Positions 29,796-39,249 of a DNA stretch of 43,846 nucleotides are shown one piece after another. The DNA lies in contig JBDLTR010000123.1 of NCBI GenBank assembly GCA_039805705.1, positions 1 through 43,846 on the forward strand. Reading direction: 5' to 3'. This DNA is from Pseudomonadota bacterium (GTDB lineage: Bacteria > Pseudomonadota > Gammaproteobacteria > Burkholderiales > Burkholderiaceae_C). The first letter of the stretch is position 1; each line of letters opens with the position of its first letter. A program made the translations under genes and the position numbers. Under the pieces are notes generated by a model. The model did not search any database. It saw only the letters and a program-made list of their open reading frames with translations, and had not been told where the DNA came from.

Positions 29796-30569
29796 ATGAG
29801 CGCATTCATCGAAGAAAAAGTCTTGAGCGTCCGCCACTGGACCGACCGCCTGTTCAGCTTCACCACCACGCGCGACAGCGGCGTGCGGTTTTCCAACGGC
29901 CACTTCACCATGATCGGCCTGCGCGTGAATGACAAACCGCTGCTGCGCGCCTACAGCATCGCCTCGGCCAATTACGAGGAGTACCTGGAGTTTCTGAGCA
30001 TCAAGGTCGAAGACGGTCCACTGACCTCGCGGCTGCAGCACATCCAGGTGGGCGACACCATCATCGTGGGCCGCAAACCCACCGGGACCCTGGTGATCGA
30101 CTACCTGCTGCCCGGCAAGCGCCTGTACCTGCTCGCCACTGGCACTGGCCTGGCGCCTTTCATGAGCATCGTGCGCGACCCGGAAACCTATGAAAAATTC
30201 GAACAGGTGGTGCTGGTGCACGGCGTGCGCACCGTCGACGAGCTGGCCTACCGCGAGCTGCTCACCGACCATTTGCCGCAGCACGAATTCTTGGGCGAGA
30301 TGATCGCGCGCCAGCTGCTGTACTACCCCACGGTCACGCGCGAGGCTTTCGACCACATGGGCCGCGTCACCGAACTGATGGCCTCGGGCAAGCTGTTCAC
30401 CGACCTGAACTTGCCACCGTTGGACCCGGCCACCGACCGTGCGATGATCTGCGGCAGCCCTGCCATGCTCAAAGACCTCAAGCACCTGCTGGAGCAGCGG
30501 GGGTTCAACGAAGGCAACACCTCTCGACCCGGCGATTTCGTGATCGAGCGCGCCTTCGCCGAATCCTGA
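29796..30569 (+). CDS. fpr: Ferredoxin-NADP+ reductase (subclass I)
   Basis: RAYSIAS, GPLTSRL, TGTGLAPF, ICGSP, C-terminal ERAFAE. Confidence 0.95.
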   Translation: MSAFIEEKVLSVRHWTDRLFSFTTTRDSGVRFSNGHFTMIGLRVNDKPLLRAYSIASANYEEYLEFLSIKVEDGPLTSRLQHIQVGDTIIVGRKPTGTLVIDYLLPGKRLYLLATGTGLAPFMSIVRDPETYEKFEQVVLVHGVRTVDELAYRELLTDHLPQHEFLGEMIARQLLYYPTVTREAFDHMGRVTELMASGKLFTDLNLPPLDPATDRAMICGSPAMLKDLKHLLEQRGFNEGNTSRPGDFVIERAFAES

Positions 30570-30636
30570 TGCGGCCGAGGTCTACCGGTACGGCATGGCG
30601 CCCAGTGTTGATGTCACCCCTTTGCACGAGACCTCT

Positions 30637-31317
30637 ATGAGCACCCCTGTCACGCGCACCCCCAAGCGCCGCTCGGCCACCCCCGGTCGCAAACCGGGTG
30701 TGCGCGAACAGGCCGCGCTGGACACACAGGACAGCATCTTGCGCGCGGCCACGCGGGTGTTTGCCAAGCACGGCTTCTCAGGCGGGCGCATCGAGCAGAT
30801 TTCGAAGGCGGCGAAATCGCACGACCGGATGATCTACTACTACTTTGGCAACAAAGAAGGCCTGTTCATCGCGGTCATCGAAGACCTGTACCGCCGCTTC
30901 AACGAGGCCGAGACGGCGCTGAACCTCGATGTGGAGCAGCCCGAACAAGCCCTGGTCGATGTGGTGAGCTTCATCTGGGACTACTACCAAAAGAACCCCG
31001 AGTTCATCACCCTGCTCAACGACGAGAACCTGCACCGCGGCAAGCACATCGCCAAGTCCAGCCGCGCGCAAGACTACTCGTCGCCGGCCATCCAGATCCT
31101 GGAATCGGTGCTGGCCAGCGGCATGAAGAAGAAAGTGTTTCGCGAAGGCCTGTCGGGCCGCGACGTCTACCTGATGATCGCCAGCCTCAATTATTTTTAC
31201 CTCTCCAACCGCTTCACGCTCTCGGCCTTTCTGGGCGAGAAGCTGGAGAGCCCGCCCGCGCTGGCCCACTGGCACCAGGTGGTGGTCGACACCGTGATGC
31301 GGGCCGTCAAACGCTGA
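30637..31317 (+). CDS. TetR-family regulator (RutR/NicS-like)
   Basis: ILRAATRVFAKHGFSG...MIYYYFGNKEGLF HTH, ENLHRG and FYLSNRFTL C-terminal motifs. Start may be 30595. Confidence 0.9.
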   Translation: MSTPVTRTPKRRSATPGRKPGVREQAALDTQDSILRAATRVFAKHGFSGGRIEQISKAAKSHDRMIYYYFGNKEGLFIAVIEDLYRRFNEAETALNLDVEQPEQALVDVVSFIWDYYQKNPEFITLLNDENLHRGKHIAKSSRAQDYSSPAIQILESVLASGMKKKVFREGLSGRDVYLMIASLNYFYLSNRFTLSAFLGEKLESPPALAHWHQVVVDTVMRAVKR

Positions 31318-31337
31318 ATTTTTTCGAGGAGACACCC

Positions 31338-32525
31338 ATGGCAGACGTGGCAAGCAGTGAAAAATCGGGCAAGGTGGTCATCAAGAACATCGGCCTCTTG
31401 CTCTCGGGCGACATCGACCAGCCGATCCTGGACGCCGACACCATCGTGGTGCAAGACGGCCTGATCGCTGCCGTGGGCAAGGAAGCCGATTGCGACACCG
31501 CGCACGCGCGGCAAACCATCGACGCGCGCCGCACCTGCGTAGCGCCCGGCCTGATCGACAGCCATGTGCACCCGGTGTTTGGCGACTGGACGCCGCGGCA
31601 AAACCAGATCGGCTGGATCGACTCGACCATGAACGGCGGCGTCACCACGATGGTCTCGGCCGGCGAGGTGCATCTGCCGGGCCGTCCCAAGGACATCGTC
31701 GGCCTCAAGGCCCTGGCCATCACGGCGCAGCGCGCCTTCGACAACTTCCGTCCCGGTGGCGTCAAGGTCATCGCGGGCGCGCCCGTGATCGAAAAAGGCA
31801 TGACCGAGCAGGACTTCAAAGACCTGGCCGATGCCGGCGTCAAGCTGCTGGGCGAGGTGGGGCTCGGCTCGGTCAAAGCCGGTGAAGAGGCCCAGACCAT
31901 GGTCGCCTGGGCGCGCAAGTACGGCATCCAGAGCACCATCCACACCGGTGGGCCGTCGATCCCCGGCTCCGGCCTGATCGACAAAGACGTGATCCTGGAG
32001 GCCGATGCCGACGTGATCGGCCACATCAACGGTGGCCACACGGCGCTGCCCTGGCGCCATGTGTGCGAGCTGTGCGAGAAATCCTCGCGTGCGATCGAGA
32101 TCGTGCACAACGGCAACGAGAAAATCGCCATCGAGGCGGCACGCGCGGCGATCGAGCTCAAGTGCCCGCACCGCGTGATCCTGGGCACCGACGGCCCGGC
32201 CGGCTCGGGCGTGCAGCCGCTGGGCATGCTGCGCCTGATCGCCCTGATCTCCAGCTTCGCCAACATCCCAGCCGAGATCGTCTTCGGCTTCGCCACCGGC
32301 AACACGGCGCGCATCCGCGAGCTCAACTGCGGCCTGATCGAAGTCGGGCGCGCCGCCGACTTCGTCTTCATGGACAGGGCCCAACACACGGCGGGCAAAA
32401 CCTTGCTCGAGAGCGTGCAGCTGGGTGACATCCCGGGCATCGGCATGGTCATGATCGACGGCCTGGTGCGCTGTGGCCGCAGCCGCAACACGCCACCGGC
32501 GACCGAAATCCCCGTCATCGTCTGA
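31338..32525 (+). CDS. ena: Enamidase (amidohydrolase superfamily)
   Basis: IDSHVH, GDWTPRQ, SAGEVH.PGRP, GEVGLG, IHTGG, GHINGG, GTDGP metal-ligand pattern; GAGGAG RBS; in the hnr cluster. Confidence 0.87.
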   Translation: MADVASSEKSGKVVIKNIGLLLSGDIDQPILDADTIVVQDGLIAAVGKEADCDTAHARQTIDARRTCVAPGLIDSHVHPVFGDWTPRQNQIGWIDSTMNGGVTTMVSAGEVHLPGRPKDIVGLKALAITAQRAFDNFRPGGVKVIAGAPVIEKGMTEQDFKDLADAGVKLLGEVGLGSVKAGEEAQTMVAWARKYGIQSTIHTGGPSIPGSGLIDKDVILEADADVIGHINGGHTALPWRHVCELCEKSSRAIEIVHNGNEKIAIEAARAAIELKCPHRVILGTDGPAGSGVQPLGMLRLIALISSFANIPAEIVFGFATGNTARIRELNCGLIEVGRAADFVFMDRAQHTAGKTLLESVQLGDIPGIGMVMIDGLVRCGRSRNTPPATEIPVIV

Positions 32526-32549
32526 CGCACCGCGCACGCGGGCGGACAA

Positions 32550-32579
32550 AAAAACACGGGCCCGAAGGCCCGTGTTTTT
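32550..32579. terminator. Bidirectional rho-independent terminator between ena and amtB
   Basis: AAAAACACGGGCC-CGAA-GGCCCGTGTTTTT between convergent genes. Confidence 0.92.
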
Positions 32580-32596
32580 GCGTGAGCGCGGGGTGC

Positions 32597-34060
32597 TCAG
32601 CCGTGGTAAGCCGACTCGCCGTGGCTGCTGATGTCCAGGCCTTCGCGCTCTTCTTCCTCGCTGACACGCAGACCCACCGTGAGGTCAACGATCTTGTAGG
32701 CGATCACGGAGACCACGCCGGACCACAGCACCGTCAGGGCGACGGCCTTGGCCTGGGTCCAGACCTGGGCGCCGATCGAGAACTCGGTCGGTGTGACCAT
32801 GGCGGCGGTGACCCAGTCGGCGACAAAGCCCGGGCCGCCCAAATTGGGCGAGTTGAACACGCCGGTGAGCAGGGCACCCAGGATGCCGCAGACACCGTGC
32901 ACGCCGAACACGTCCAAGGAGTCGTCGGCACCCAGCAAACGCTTGAGGCCGTTGACGCCCCACAGGCCACCGAAGCCACCGATGAAGCCGATGACCACAG
33001 CACCACCGATGCCGACGTTGCCTGCGGCCGGGGTGATGGCGACCAAGCCGGCCACAGCGCCCGAAGCGGCACCCAGCATCGAGGCCTTGCCACGCATCAG
33101 CGCTTCGCCAATGCACCAGGCCAGGACAGCAGCCGCGGTGGCCACCATGGTGTTGATGAAGGCCAGGGCGGCGAAACCGTTGGCTTCCAGCGCAGAGCCG
33201 GCGTTGAAACCGAACCAGCCCACCCACAGCAGGGCCGCGCCCACCATGGTCAGCGTGAGGCTGTGCGGGGCCATCGATTCGCGGCCGTAACCGACGCGCT
33301 TGCCGACCATGAAGGCACCGACCAGACCGGCCACCGCGGCGTTGATGTGCACCACAGTGCCACCGGCGAAGTCCAGCGCGCCCCACTGCCAGATCAGGCC
33401 CGCTTTGGACGTCATCTCGTCGACGACGTCTTTCGAGGCGTAGGCGTCCGGCCCCATCCAGAACCAGACCATGTGGGCCACGGGGATGTAGCTGAAGGTG
33501 AACCACAGCACCATGAACAGCAGCACCGCCGAGAACTTCACGCGCTCAGCGAAGGCGCCCACGATCAGCGCACAGGTGATGCCCGCGAAAGTCGCCTGGA
33601 AAGCGGCAAACAGGATTTCGGGGATGTAGACACCCTTGCTGAAGGTGGCCGCGTTGGCGAAGGTGCCGGCGACGTTGTCCCAGATGCCCTTCATGAACAG
33701 GCGGTCGAAGCCGCCGATGTAGGCGTTGCCTTCGGTGAACGCGAGGCTGTAGCCATAGATGAACCACAGCACCACGATCAACGAGAAAGTGACCATCACC
33801 TGCATGAGCACCGACAGCATGTTCTTGCTGCGGACCAGGCCGCCGTAAAACAGCGCCAGGCCCGGCACGGCCATCATCAGCACCAAGAGGGTGGAGACCA
33901 TCATCCAGGTGGTGTCGCCCTTGTTGGGCACGGGGGCGGCAGCGGCAGCCACTTCGGCCACCGCGGCTGCGGCTTCGGGGGCGGCGGTCTGGGCCCATGC
34001 CAGCGCGCCAGCACCGAGCAGGCCCAGGCCCAAGGCCAGGGGTTTGATGAGTTTGTTCAT
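32597..34060 (-). CDS. amtB: Ammonium transporter
   Basis: PGLALFYGG, FQATFA, DFAGGTVVH, WFGFNAGS, DDSLDVFGVHG. Confidence 0.97.
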   Translation of the reverse strand: MNKLIKPLALGLGLLGAGALAWAQTAAPEAAAAVAEVAAAAAPVPNKGDTTWMMVSTLLVLMMAVPGLALFYGGLVRSKNMLSVLMQVMVTFSLIVVLWFIYGYSLAFTEGNAYIGGFDRLFMKGIWDNVAGTFANAATFSKGVYIPEILFAAFQATFAGITCALIVGAFAERVKFSAVLLFMVLWFTFSYIPVAHMVWFWMGPDAYASKDVVDEMTSKAGLIWQWGALDFAGGTVVHINAAVAGLVGAFMVGKRVGYGRESMAPHSLTLTMVGAALLWVGWFGFNAGSALEANGFAALAFINTMVATAAAVLAWCIGEALMRGKASMLGAASGAVAGLVAITPAAGNVGIGGAVVIGFIGGFGGLWGVNGLKRLLGADDSLDVFGVHGVCGILGALLTGVFNSPNLGGPGFVADWVTAAMVTPTEFSIGAQVWTQAKAVALTVLWSGVVSVIAYKIVDLTVGLRVSEEEEREGLDISSHGESAYHG

Positions 34061-34082
34061 GTTCGACCTTCTTTCGTGGGGT

Positions 34083-34439
<357 letters not shown>

Positions 34440-35201
34440 TCAGAAGGCGTACTTGAGGCCAACGACAAGGCTGGTCTTGCCGAGACCCTCGACACCGGCT
34501 CGGCCTGGCGTGTAGTAAAAGTCTTTGCTGGCATTGGTGCCCACCACTGCGCCCGTCACGGCCAGACCGCCGCCCAAATCTTTGGCCAAGGTCAGGGCGT
34601 AGTCGGTGTAAGAGCCATCGGTGTTTGCTGCGCCCTTGAGCTTCTGGTAGCCCACGTGCGGCACCAAGCTGTAACCATTGCCCAGGTCGAGCGTGGCGCT
34701 CAGGTCCAGGTAGTAGCTGTTCTTGCTGTCGGGGTTGCCAAACAGGTTGGAAATGGCGTGCGAGTATTTGGCCGTGAACAGACCGTAGGTCACCGCGCCA
34801 TACACCTCGTTGGTGCTGGCGTTGGTGTAGGCACCCACACCAGCGAGCTTGTTGCCGGCGTACTCGTAGCGCAAAAAGCCCACGTCGTAAGCGACATCGC
34901 CAACCGCGCCTTTGTAGCCGCCGTACAGGTCCAGCTCCACAGAGCCCTTGCTGGCACCCAGGTCCTTGATCCATTTGATGGTGGAGCCCCAAGCGCCCAC
35001 ATAAAAACCGCTCTTGTCGGTGTAGTCCACACCGCCTTGCAGCGCGGGGTCAAAACGGGTCTGGCTCAAACCACGGTAACGGTAGTCCGAGACCACCCCC
35101 ACGTTGAAAGCCAGGGTGCTCTCGGGTTCGGCCGCAGACGACACAGCAGGCAAAGCGCCTGCAACGCTGGCCAACAGGGCTGGGAAGAGGATCTTTTTCA
35201 T
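34440..35201 (-). CDS. TorF-family putative porin (Gcw_chp/TIGR02001-like)
   Basis: Signal peptide, SDYRYRGLSQT, PALQGGVD, ELDLYGGY, terminal Phe; first gene of the glnK-amtB operon. Confidence 0.88.
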   Translation of the reverse strand: MKKILFPALLASVAGALPAVSSAAEPESTLAFNVGVVSDYRYRGLSQTRFDPALQGGVDYTDKSGFYVGAWGSTIKWIKDLGASKGSVELDLYGGYKGAVGDVAYDVGFLRYEYAGNKLAGVGAYTNASTNEVYGAVTYGLFTAKYSHAISNLFGNPDSKNSYYLDLSATLDLGNGYSLVPHVGYQKLKGAANTDGSYTDYALTLAKDLGGGLAVTGAVVGTNASKDFYYTPGRAGVEGLGKTSLVVGLKYAF

Positions 35202-35239
35202 GGGGAACTCCTTGGAAGGGATGGATGACAAGCCCGATT

Positions 35240-35255
35240 AGCAGGGACCGTGCCA
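35240..35255 (-). promoter_or_regulatory. Sigma-54 (-24/-12) promoter of torF-glnK-amtB
   Basis: Minus strand reads TGGCAC-GGTCC-CTGCT, versus consensus TGGCAC-N5-TTGCW. Confidence 0.85.
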
Positions 35256-35352
35256 AGCCACCGCAAACCCGGTGTTTACGAGGGCGCGTCTTGCTGCGAT
35301 CATGATCCCACCACACGCGCACGCCCCAAGATGCGCGCCACAACACACACCA

Positions 35353-35369
35353 TGCACCAGCATGGGGCA
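35353..35369. promoter_or_regulatory. NtrC-type enhancer site
   Basis: TGCACCAGCATGGGGCA is one mismatch from TGCACCA-N3-TGGTGCA and lies ~100 bp upstream of the sigma-54 site. A weaker site starts at 35322. Confidence 0.72.
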
Positions 35370-35379
35370 GGGAGATGAG

Positions 35380-36912
35380 ATGGGACTCAGTTTGGTGCGC
35401 AGCCGTGCCCTGGTGGGCTTGCAAGCGCATGCGGTCACGGTGGAAGTGCACATGGCCAACGGCCTGCCCAGCTTCAGCCTGGTCGGCCTGGCCGATGTCG
35501 AAGTCAAGGAAGCCCGCGAGCGCGTGCGCTCGGCCATCCTCAACAGTGGCCTGAGCTTTCCCCACAACCAGCGCATCACCGTCAACCTGGCGCCGGCCGA
35601 CCTGCCCAAAGATTCGGGTCGGCTGGACCTGCCGATCGCACTCGGCATCCTGGCCGCCAGCGGGCAAATCGATGGTCAGCGGCTGGACGGTTGTGAGTTT
35701 GCCGGGGAGCTCTCGCTGTCGGGCCAGTTGCGGCCGGTGCGCGGCGCACTCGCCATGAGCCTGGCCCTGCGCCAGCAGGCCCAGCCGCTGCGCCTGGTGC
35801 TGCCGCCGGACAGCGCCGAGGAAGCCGCGCTGGTGCCCGGTGCCGAGGTGTTCCGCGCCCGGCATCTGCTCGATGTGGTGCAACAGTTCTTGCCGCCCTC
35901 GGGCGAACCACCCCCCGAAGCTGGCGACGGCTGGGTGCGTTTGCAAGGCCAAGGGCCCAGCGCACCAGCCTCGCACCCGGATCTGTCGGAAGTGAAAGGC
36001 CAGGGCGCGGCCAAGCGCGCCCTCGAAATCGCGGCCGCCGGCGGCCACTCGGTGCTGATGGTCGGCCCGCCCGGGGCCGGCAAATCGATGCTGGCCCAAC
36101 GCTTTGCCGGGCTGCTGCCCCCGATGTCGGTCGACGAAGCGCTGGAGACCGCCGCCATCGCCAGCCTGGCCGGGCGCTTTGACATCGGCCGCTGGGGCCA
36201 ACGCCCAACCGCGCAGCCCCACCACACCGCCAGCGCGGTGGCGCTTGTGGGTGGGGGCTCGCCGCCGCGGCCCGGCGAAATTTCGCTGGCGCACCATGGC
36301 GTGTTGTTCCTCGACGAGTTCCCGCAATTCGCGCGCAGCGCGCTCGACGCCCTGCGCGAACCGCTGGAGACCGGCACCATCACCATCGTGCGGGCCGCGC
36401 GGCGGGCCGAGTTCCCGGCGCGCTTTCAGCTGATCGCCGCCATGAACCCCTGCCCTTGCGGCTACTTGGGCAGCACCGTGCGCAGCTGCCGCTGCACACC
36501 CGACCAGGTGGCGCGCTACCAGGGCAAACTCAGCGGGCCATTGCTCGACCGCATCGACCTGCACCTGGAAGTGAGCAGCCTGAGCGCCGAGGCCCTGCTC
36601 ACGGCCGCCCCCGGAGAAAGCAGCGCCCGCATCGCCGCGCGCAGCCAGGCCGCGCGCGCACGCGCCTTGGCGCGGCAGGGGGTGCCCAATGCCCAGCTGC
36701 AAGGTCAGGACCTGGACACCCACATCGGGCTCGATGCCGATGCGCAGGCCCTGCTGACCACAGCCGCGGCCCGTCTGGCCTGGAGCGGGCGCGGCACCCA
36801 CCGCACCTTGCGCCTGGCCCGCACCATCGCCGACCTGGCCGGCAGCGCAGCGGTGTCGGCCAGCCATGTCGCCGAAGCGATCCAGTACCGGCGCGTGCTG
36901 AAAGAAGCCTGA
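35380..36912 (+). CDS. comM: YifB/ComM Mg-chelatase-like AAA+ ATPase
   Basis: ITVNLAPADLPK, GELSL, GPPGAGKS, PHH, PGEISLAHHGVLFLDE, NPCPCG, SGPLLDRID. Confidence 0.95.
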   Translation: MGLSLVRSRALVGLQAHAVTVEVHMANGLPSFSLVGLADVEVKEARERVRSAILNSGLSFPHNQRITVNLAPADLPKDSGRLDLPIALGILAASGQIDGQRLDGCEFAGELSLSGQLRPVRGALAMSLALRQQAQPLRLVLPPDSAEEAALVPGAEVFRARHLLDVVQQFLPPSGEPPPEAGDGWVRLQGQGPSAPASHPDLSEVKGQGAAKRALEIAAAGGHSVLMVGPPGAGKSMLAQRFAGLLPPMSVDEALETAAIASLAGRFDIGRWGQRPTAQPHHTASAVALVGGGSPPRPGEISLAHHGVLFLDEFPQFARSALDALREPLETGTITIVRAARRAEFPARFQLIAAMNPCPCGYLGSTVRSCRCTPDQVARYQGKLSGPLLDRIDLHLEVSSLSAEALLTAAPGESSARIAARSQAARARALARQGVPNAQLQGQDLDTHIGLDADAQALLTTAAARLAWSGRGTHRTLRLARTIADLAGSAAVSASHVAEAIQYRRVLKEA

Positions 36913-36936
36913 ACACCCGCGCCGGATAATGGCCGC

Positions 36937-38157
36937 ATGCCGCTGGCCCGTCCCGCCCCGCCCCAGTCCCTGCATGCGTTCAGCCTGTGGCTGTCGCTGC
37001 CGCAGCTCATCAGCTGGGGGGCGCTGTTCTACACCTTTTCCTTGCTGATGGCCCCGCTCGAAACCGAGCTGGGCATGACGCGTGCGCAGTCTTCGCTGGC
37101 CTACAGCCTGGCGCTGCTGGCCGAAGGCGCCGCCGCTTTTGCGGTGGGCCGCTGGATCGATGCGGGGCACGAACGCGCGGTCATGGCGCTGGGCTCGTTG
37201 TGGGTGGGGCTGGGCCTGCTGGCGCACAGCGCAATCGACTCGGTGGCGGGTTTTTACGCGGTCTGGGTCTGGCTGGGGCTGGGCATGGCCGCCGCCCTCT
37301 ACAACCCGGCGTTTGCCATCGTCACCCGCCGCTTCGGTGCCGACTTTCGGCGCGCGGTCATCACCATCACCTTTCTGGGCGGGCTGGCCAGCACGGTCTT
37401 CATCCCGCTGGTGTCCTGGTGGATGGCGCTGTGGGGCTGGCGCACCAGCCTGTGGCTGTTGGCCGCGCTGCAACTGGGCCTGTGCCTGCCGCTGCATGCC
37501 TGGTTGCTGCAAGGCGCGCCGCGCATGCTGGCGCATGCCAGCCACGAAGACACCACCAGGCTGCCCTCGGTGCGCCGCTACCTGCAGCAGCCCACCTTCT
37601 GGCTGCTGGCCCTGTTCATGGTGCTGATCATGGCACTCACCTCGGCGCTGCCGGTGCACATGATCAACCTGCTGGGCGAAGCGGGGCTGGCGCCGCACTG
37701 GGTGGTGCTGATCCCGGCGGCCATCGGCGTGTTGCAGGTGCTGGGCCGCATGCTGCTGTTTGTCTTCGAGCGGCGCTGGGATGTGCACGCCGCCAACCGC
37801 TGGATTCCGGTGCTGCTGCCGGCCAGCCTGCTGGTGCTGGTGCTCGGCGGCTGGCACCCGGCGGTGGCGCTGGTGTTTGTGCTGCTCTACGGCCTGGGCA
37901 ACGGCATGGTCACCATCGTCAAGGGCACCGCCATGGCGCAGTACGTGAGCGCTGCGCATGTGGGCCAGCTCAACGGCCTGCTGGGCGTGCCGATCGCGCT
38001 GTCCCGCGCCGCCGCCCCCTGGCTCGTGGGCCTGCTGTGGTCGCCCGCCGTGGGCTACCGCTGGGGCCTGTGGTGGATGCTCGCCGCCAGTCTGGCGGGG
38101 GTGGCCGCTTTGTGGATCGCCCAGACCCACGCCCTGCGGCGGGGTCATCGGCTTTGA
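36937..38157 (+). CDS. MFS transporter
   Basis: About 12 hydrophobic segments; GRWID motif A-like; ITFLGGLASTVF. Confidence 0.9.
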   Translation: MPLARPAPPQSLHAFSLWLSLPQLISWGALFYTFSLLMAPLETELGMTRAQSSLAYSLALLAEGAAAFAVGRWIDAGHERAVMALGSLWVGLGLLAHSAIDSVAGFYAVWVWLGLGMAAALYNPAFAIVTRRFGADFRRAVITITFLGGLASTVFIPLVSWWMALWGWRTSLWLLAALQLGLCLPLHAWLLQGAPRMLAHASHEDTTRLPSVRRYLQQPTFWLLALFMVLIMALTSALPVHMINLLGEAGLAPHWVVLIPAAIGVLQVLGRMLLFVFERRWDVHAANRWIPVLLPASLLVLVLGGWHPAVALVFVLLYGLGNGMVTIVKGTAMAQYVSAAHVGQLNGLLGVPIALSRAAAPWLVGLLWSPAVGYRWGLWWMLAASLAGVAALWIAQTHALRRGHRL

Positions 38158-38230
38158 CCTGCAAGGGACACCCCCTTGCCACGGCCAAGCCGCCTCGGCC
38201 GGCGCGCTGGCCTCGGGTATAACCCGGCCC

Positions 38231-39211
38231 ATGCGCCGTCCCCAGATCGTCATCGTCTGCCCCGCCACGCCGCAAGCGAACAACGGCAATTGGCGCACCG
38301 CAGCGCGCTGGCAAGGCCTGTTGCGCAGCACGGCCAAGGTGCGCATCGTGCAGCAGTGGCCGGATGCACTGGCGCCGCACGACCAGGCCATGCTGGCGCT
38401 GCACGCGCGCCGTTCGGCGCCTTCGATCGCCGCCTGGCATGCGCAGCGCGGCGCACGCGGTCTGGGTGTGGTGCTGACCGGCACCGACATTTACCCGGAC
38501 ATCACCCAAGATGCGTTGGCCATGGTCTCTTTGCAGCAGGCCGCCGGTCTGGTGGTGCTGCAGGCCGAAGCCTTGCTGGCCTTGCCTGCAGCGCAGCGCC
38601 ACAAGGCGCGGGTGGTGTTTCAGTCTTGTGCCGAACGACAGCCTCTGGCCAAAACCAGCCGCCATCTGCGGGTGGTGATGGTGGGGCATCTGCGCGACGA
38701 AAAAAACCCAGCCATGCTGTGGCGGGCGGTGCGCCGGATACCCGCAGATGCGGGCATTCGGGTGGACCACATCGGTGAGGCGCTCGACCCCGGCTGGGCT
38801 GCACAAGCCCAAGCCACAGCGCGCGCATGCCCCCACTACCGCTGGCTGCAAGGCCTCTCGCACGCCGCCACCGTACAGCGCATCCAGCGCGCGCACCTGC
38901 TGGTGCACACCAGCCGCAGCGAAGGCGGAGCCCTGGTGATCAGCGAAGCGATCCGCAGCGGCACACCGGTGCTGGCCACGCGCATGGCCGGCAATGTGGG
39001 CCTGCTGGGCCCCACCTACAGCGGCTTGGTCGCACCCGACGACGACGCTGCCCTGGCGGCCCAGCTGCTGCAATGCCGCCATGAGCAAGCGCTAGGCCGC
39101 GCCGGCCTGCTGCAAGCCTGGCAGCAGCAGTGCCAAGCACGCGCTTCACTGTTCGAGCCCGAGGCCGAGCAGGCTGCGCTGCAGGCTTGGGTCCAGCACT
39201 TGCTCAGCTGA
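38231..39211 (+). CDS. senB: Selenosugar synthase SenB (TIGR04348-type glycosyltransferase)
   Basis: NNGNWRTAARW, MLALHARRSA, VLTGTDIY, VGHLRDEK, SEGGALV...GTPVLA and GNVGLLG motifs recognised as characteristic of this family. Confidence 0.82.
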   Translation: MRRPQIVIVCPATPQANNGNWRTAARWQGLLRSTAKVRIVQQWPDALAPHDQAMLALHARRSAPSIAAWHAQRGARGLGVVLTGTDIYPDITQDALAMVSLQQAAGLVVLQAEALLALPAAQRHKARVVFQSCAERQPLAKTSRHLRVVMVGHLRDEKNPAMLWRAVRRIPADAGIRVDHIGEALDPGWAAQAQATARACPHYRWLQGLSHAATVQRIQRAHLLVHTSRSEGGALVISEAIRSGTPVLATRMAGNVGLLGPTYSGLVAPDDDAALAAQLLQCRHEQALGRAGLLQAWQQQCQARASLFEPEAEQAALQAWVQHLLS

Positions 39212-39249
39212 GTCGCGTGTGGTGGCATGCCCTGCAGCAGAGCGGCCGC

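Noticed and set aside
38161-38179. GCAAGGG-ACACC-CCCTTGC hairpin after the MFS gene as a terminator
   Set aside because: No U-tract follows, so it is too weak to call
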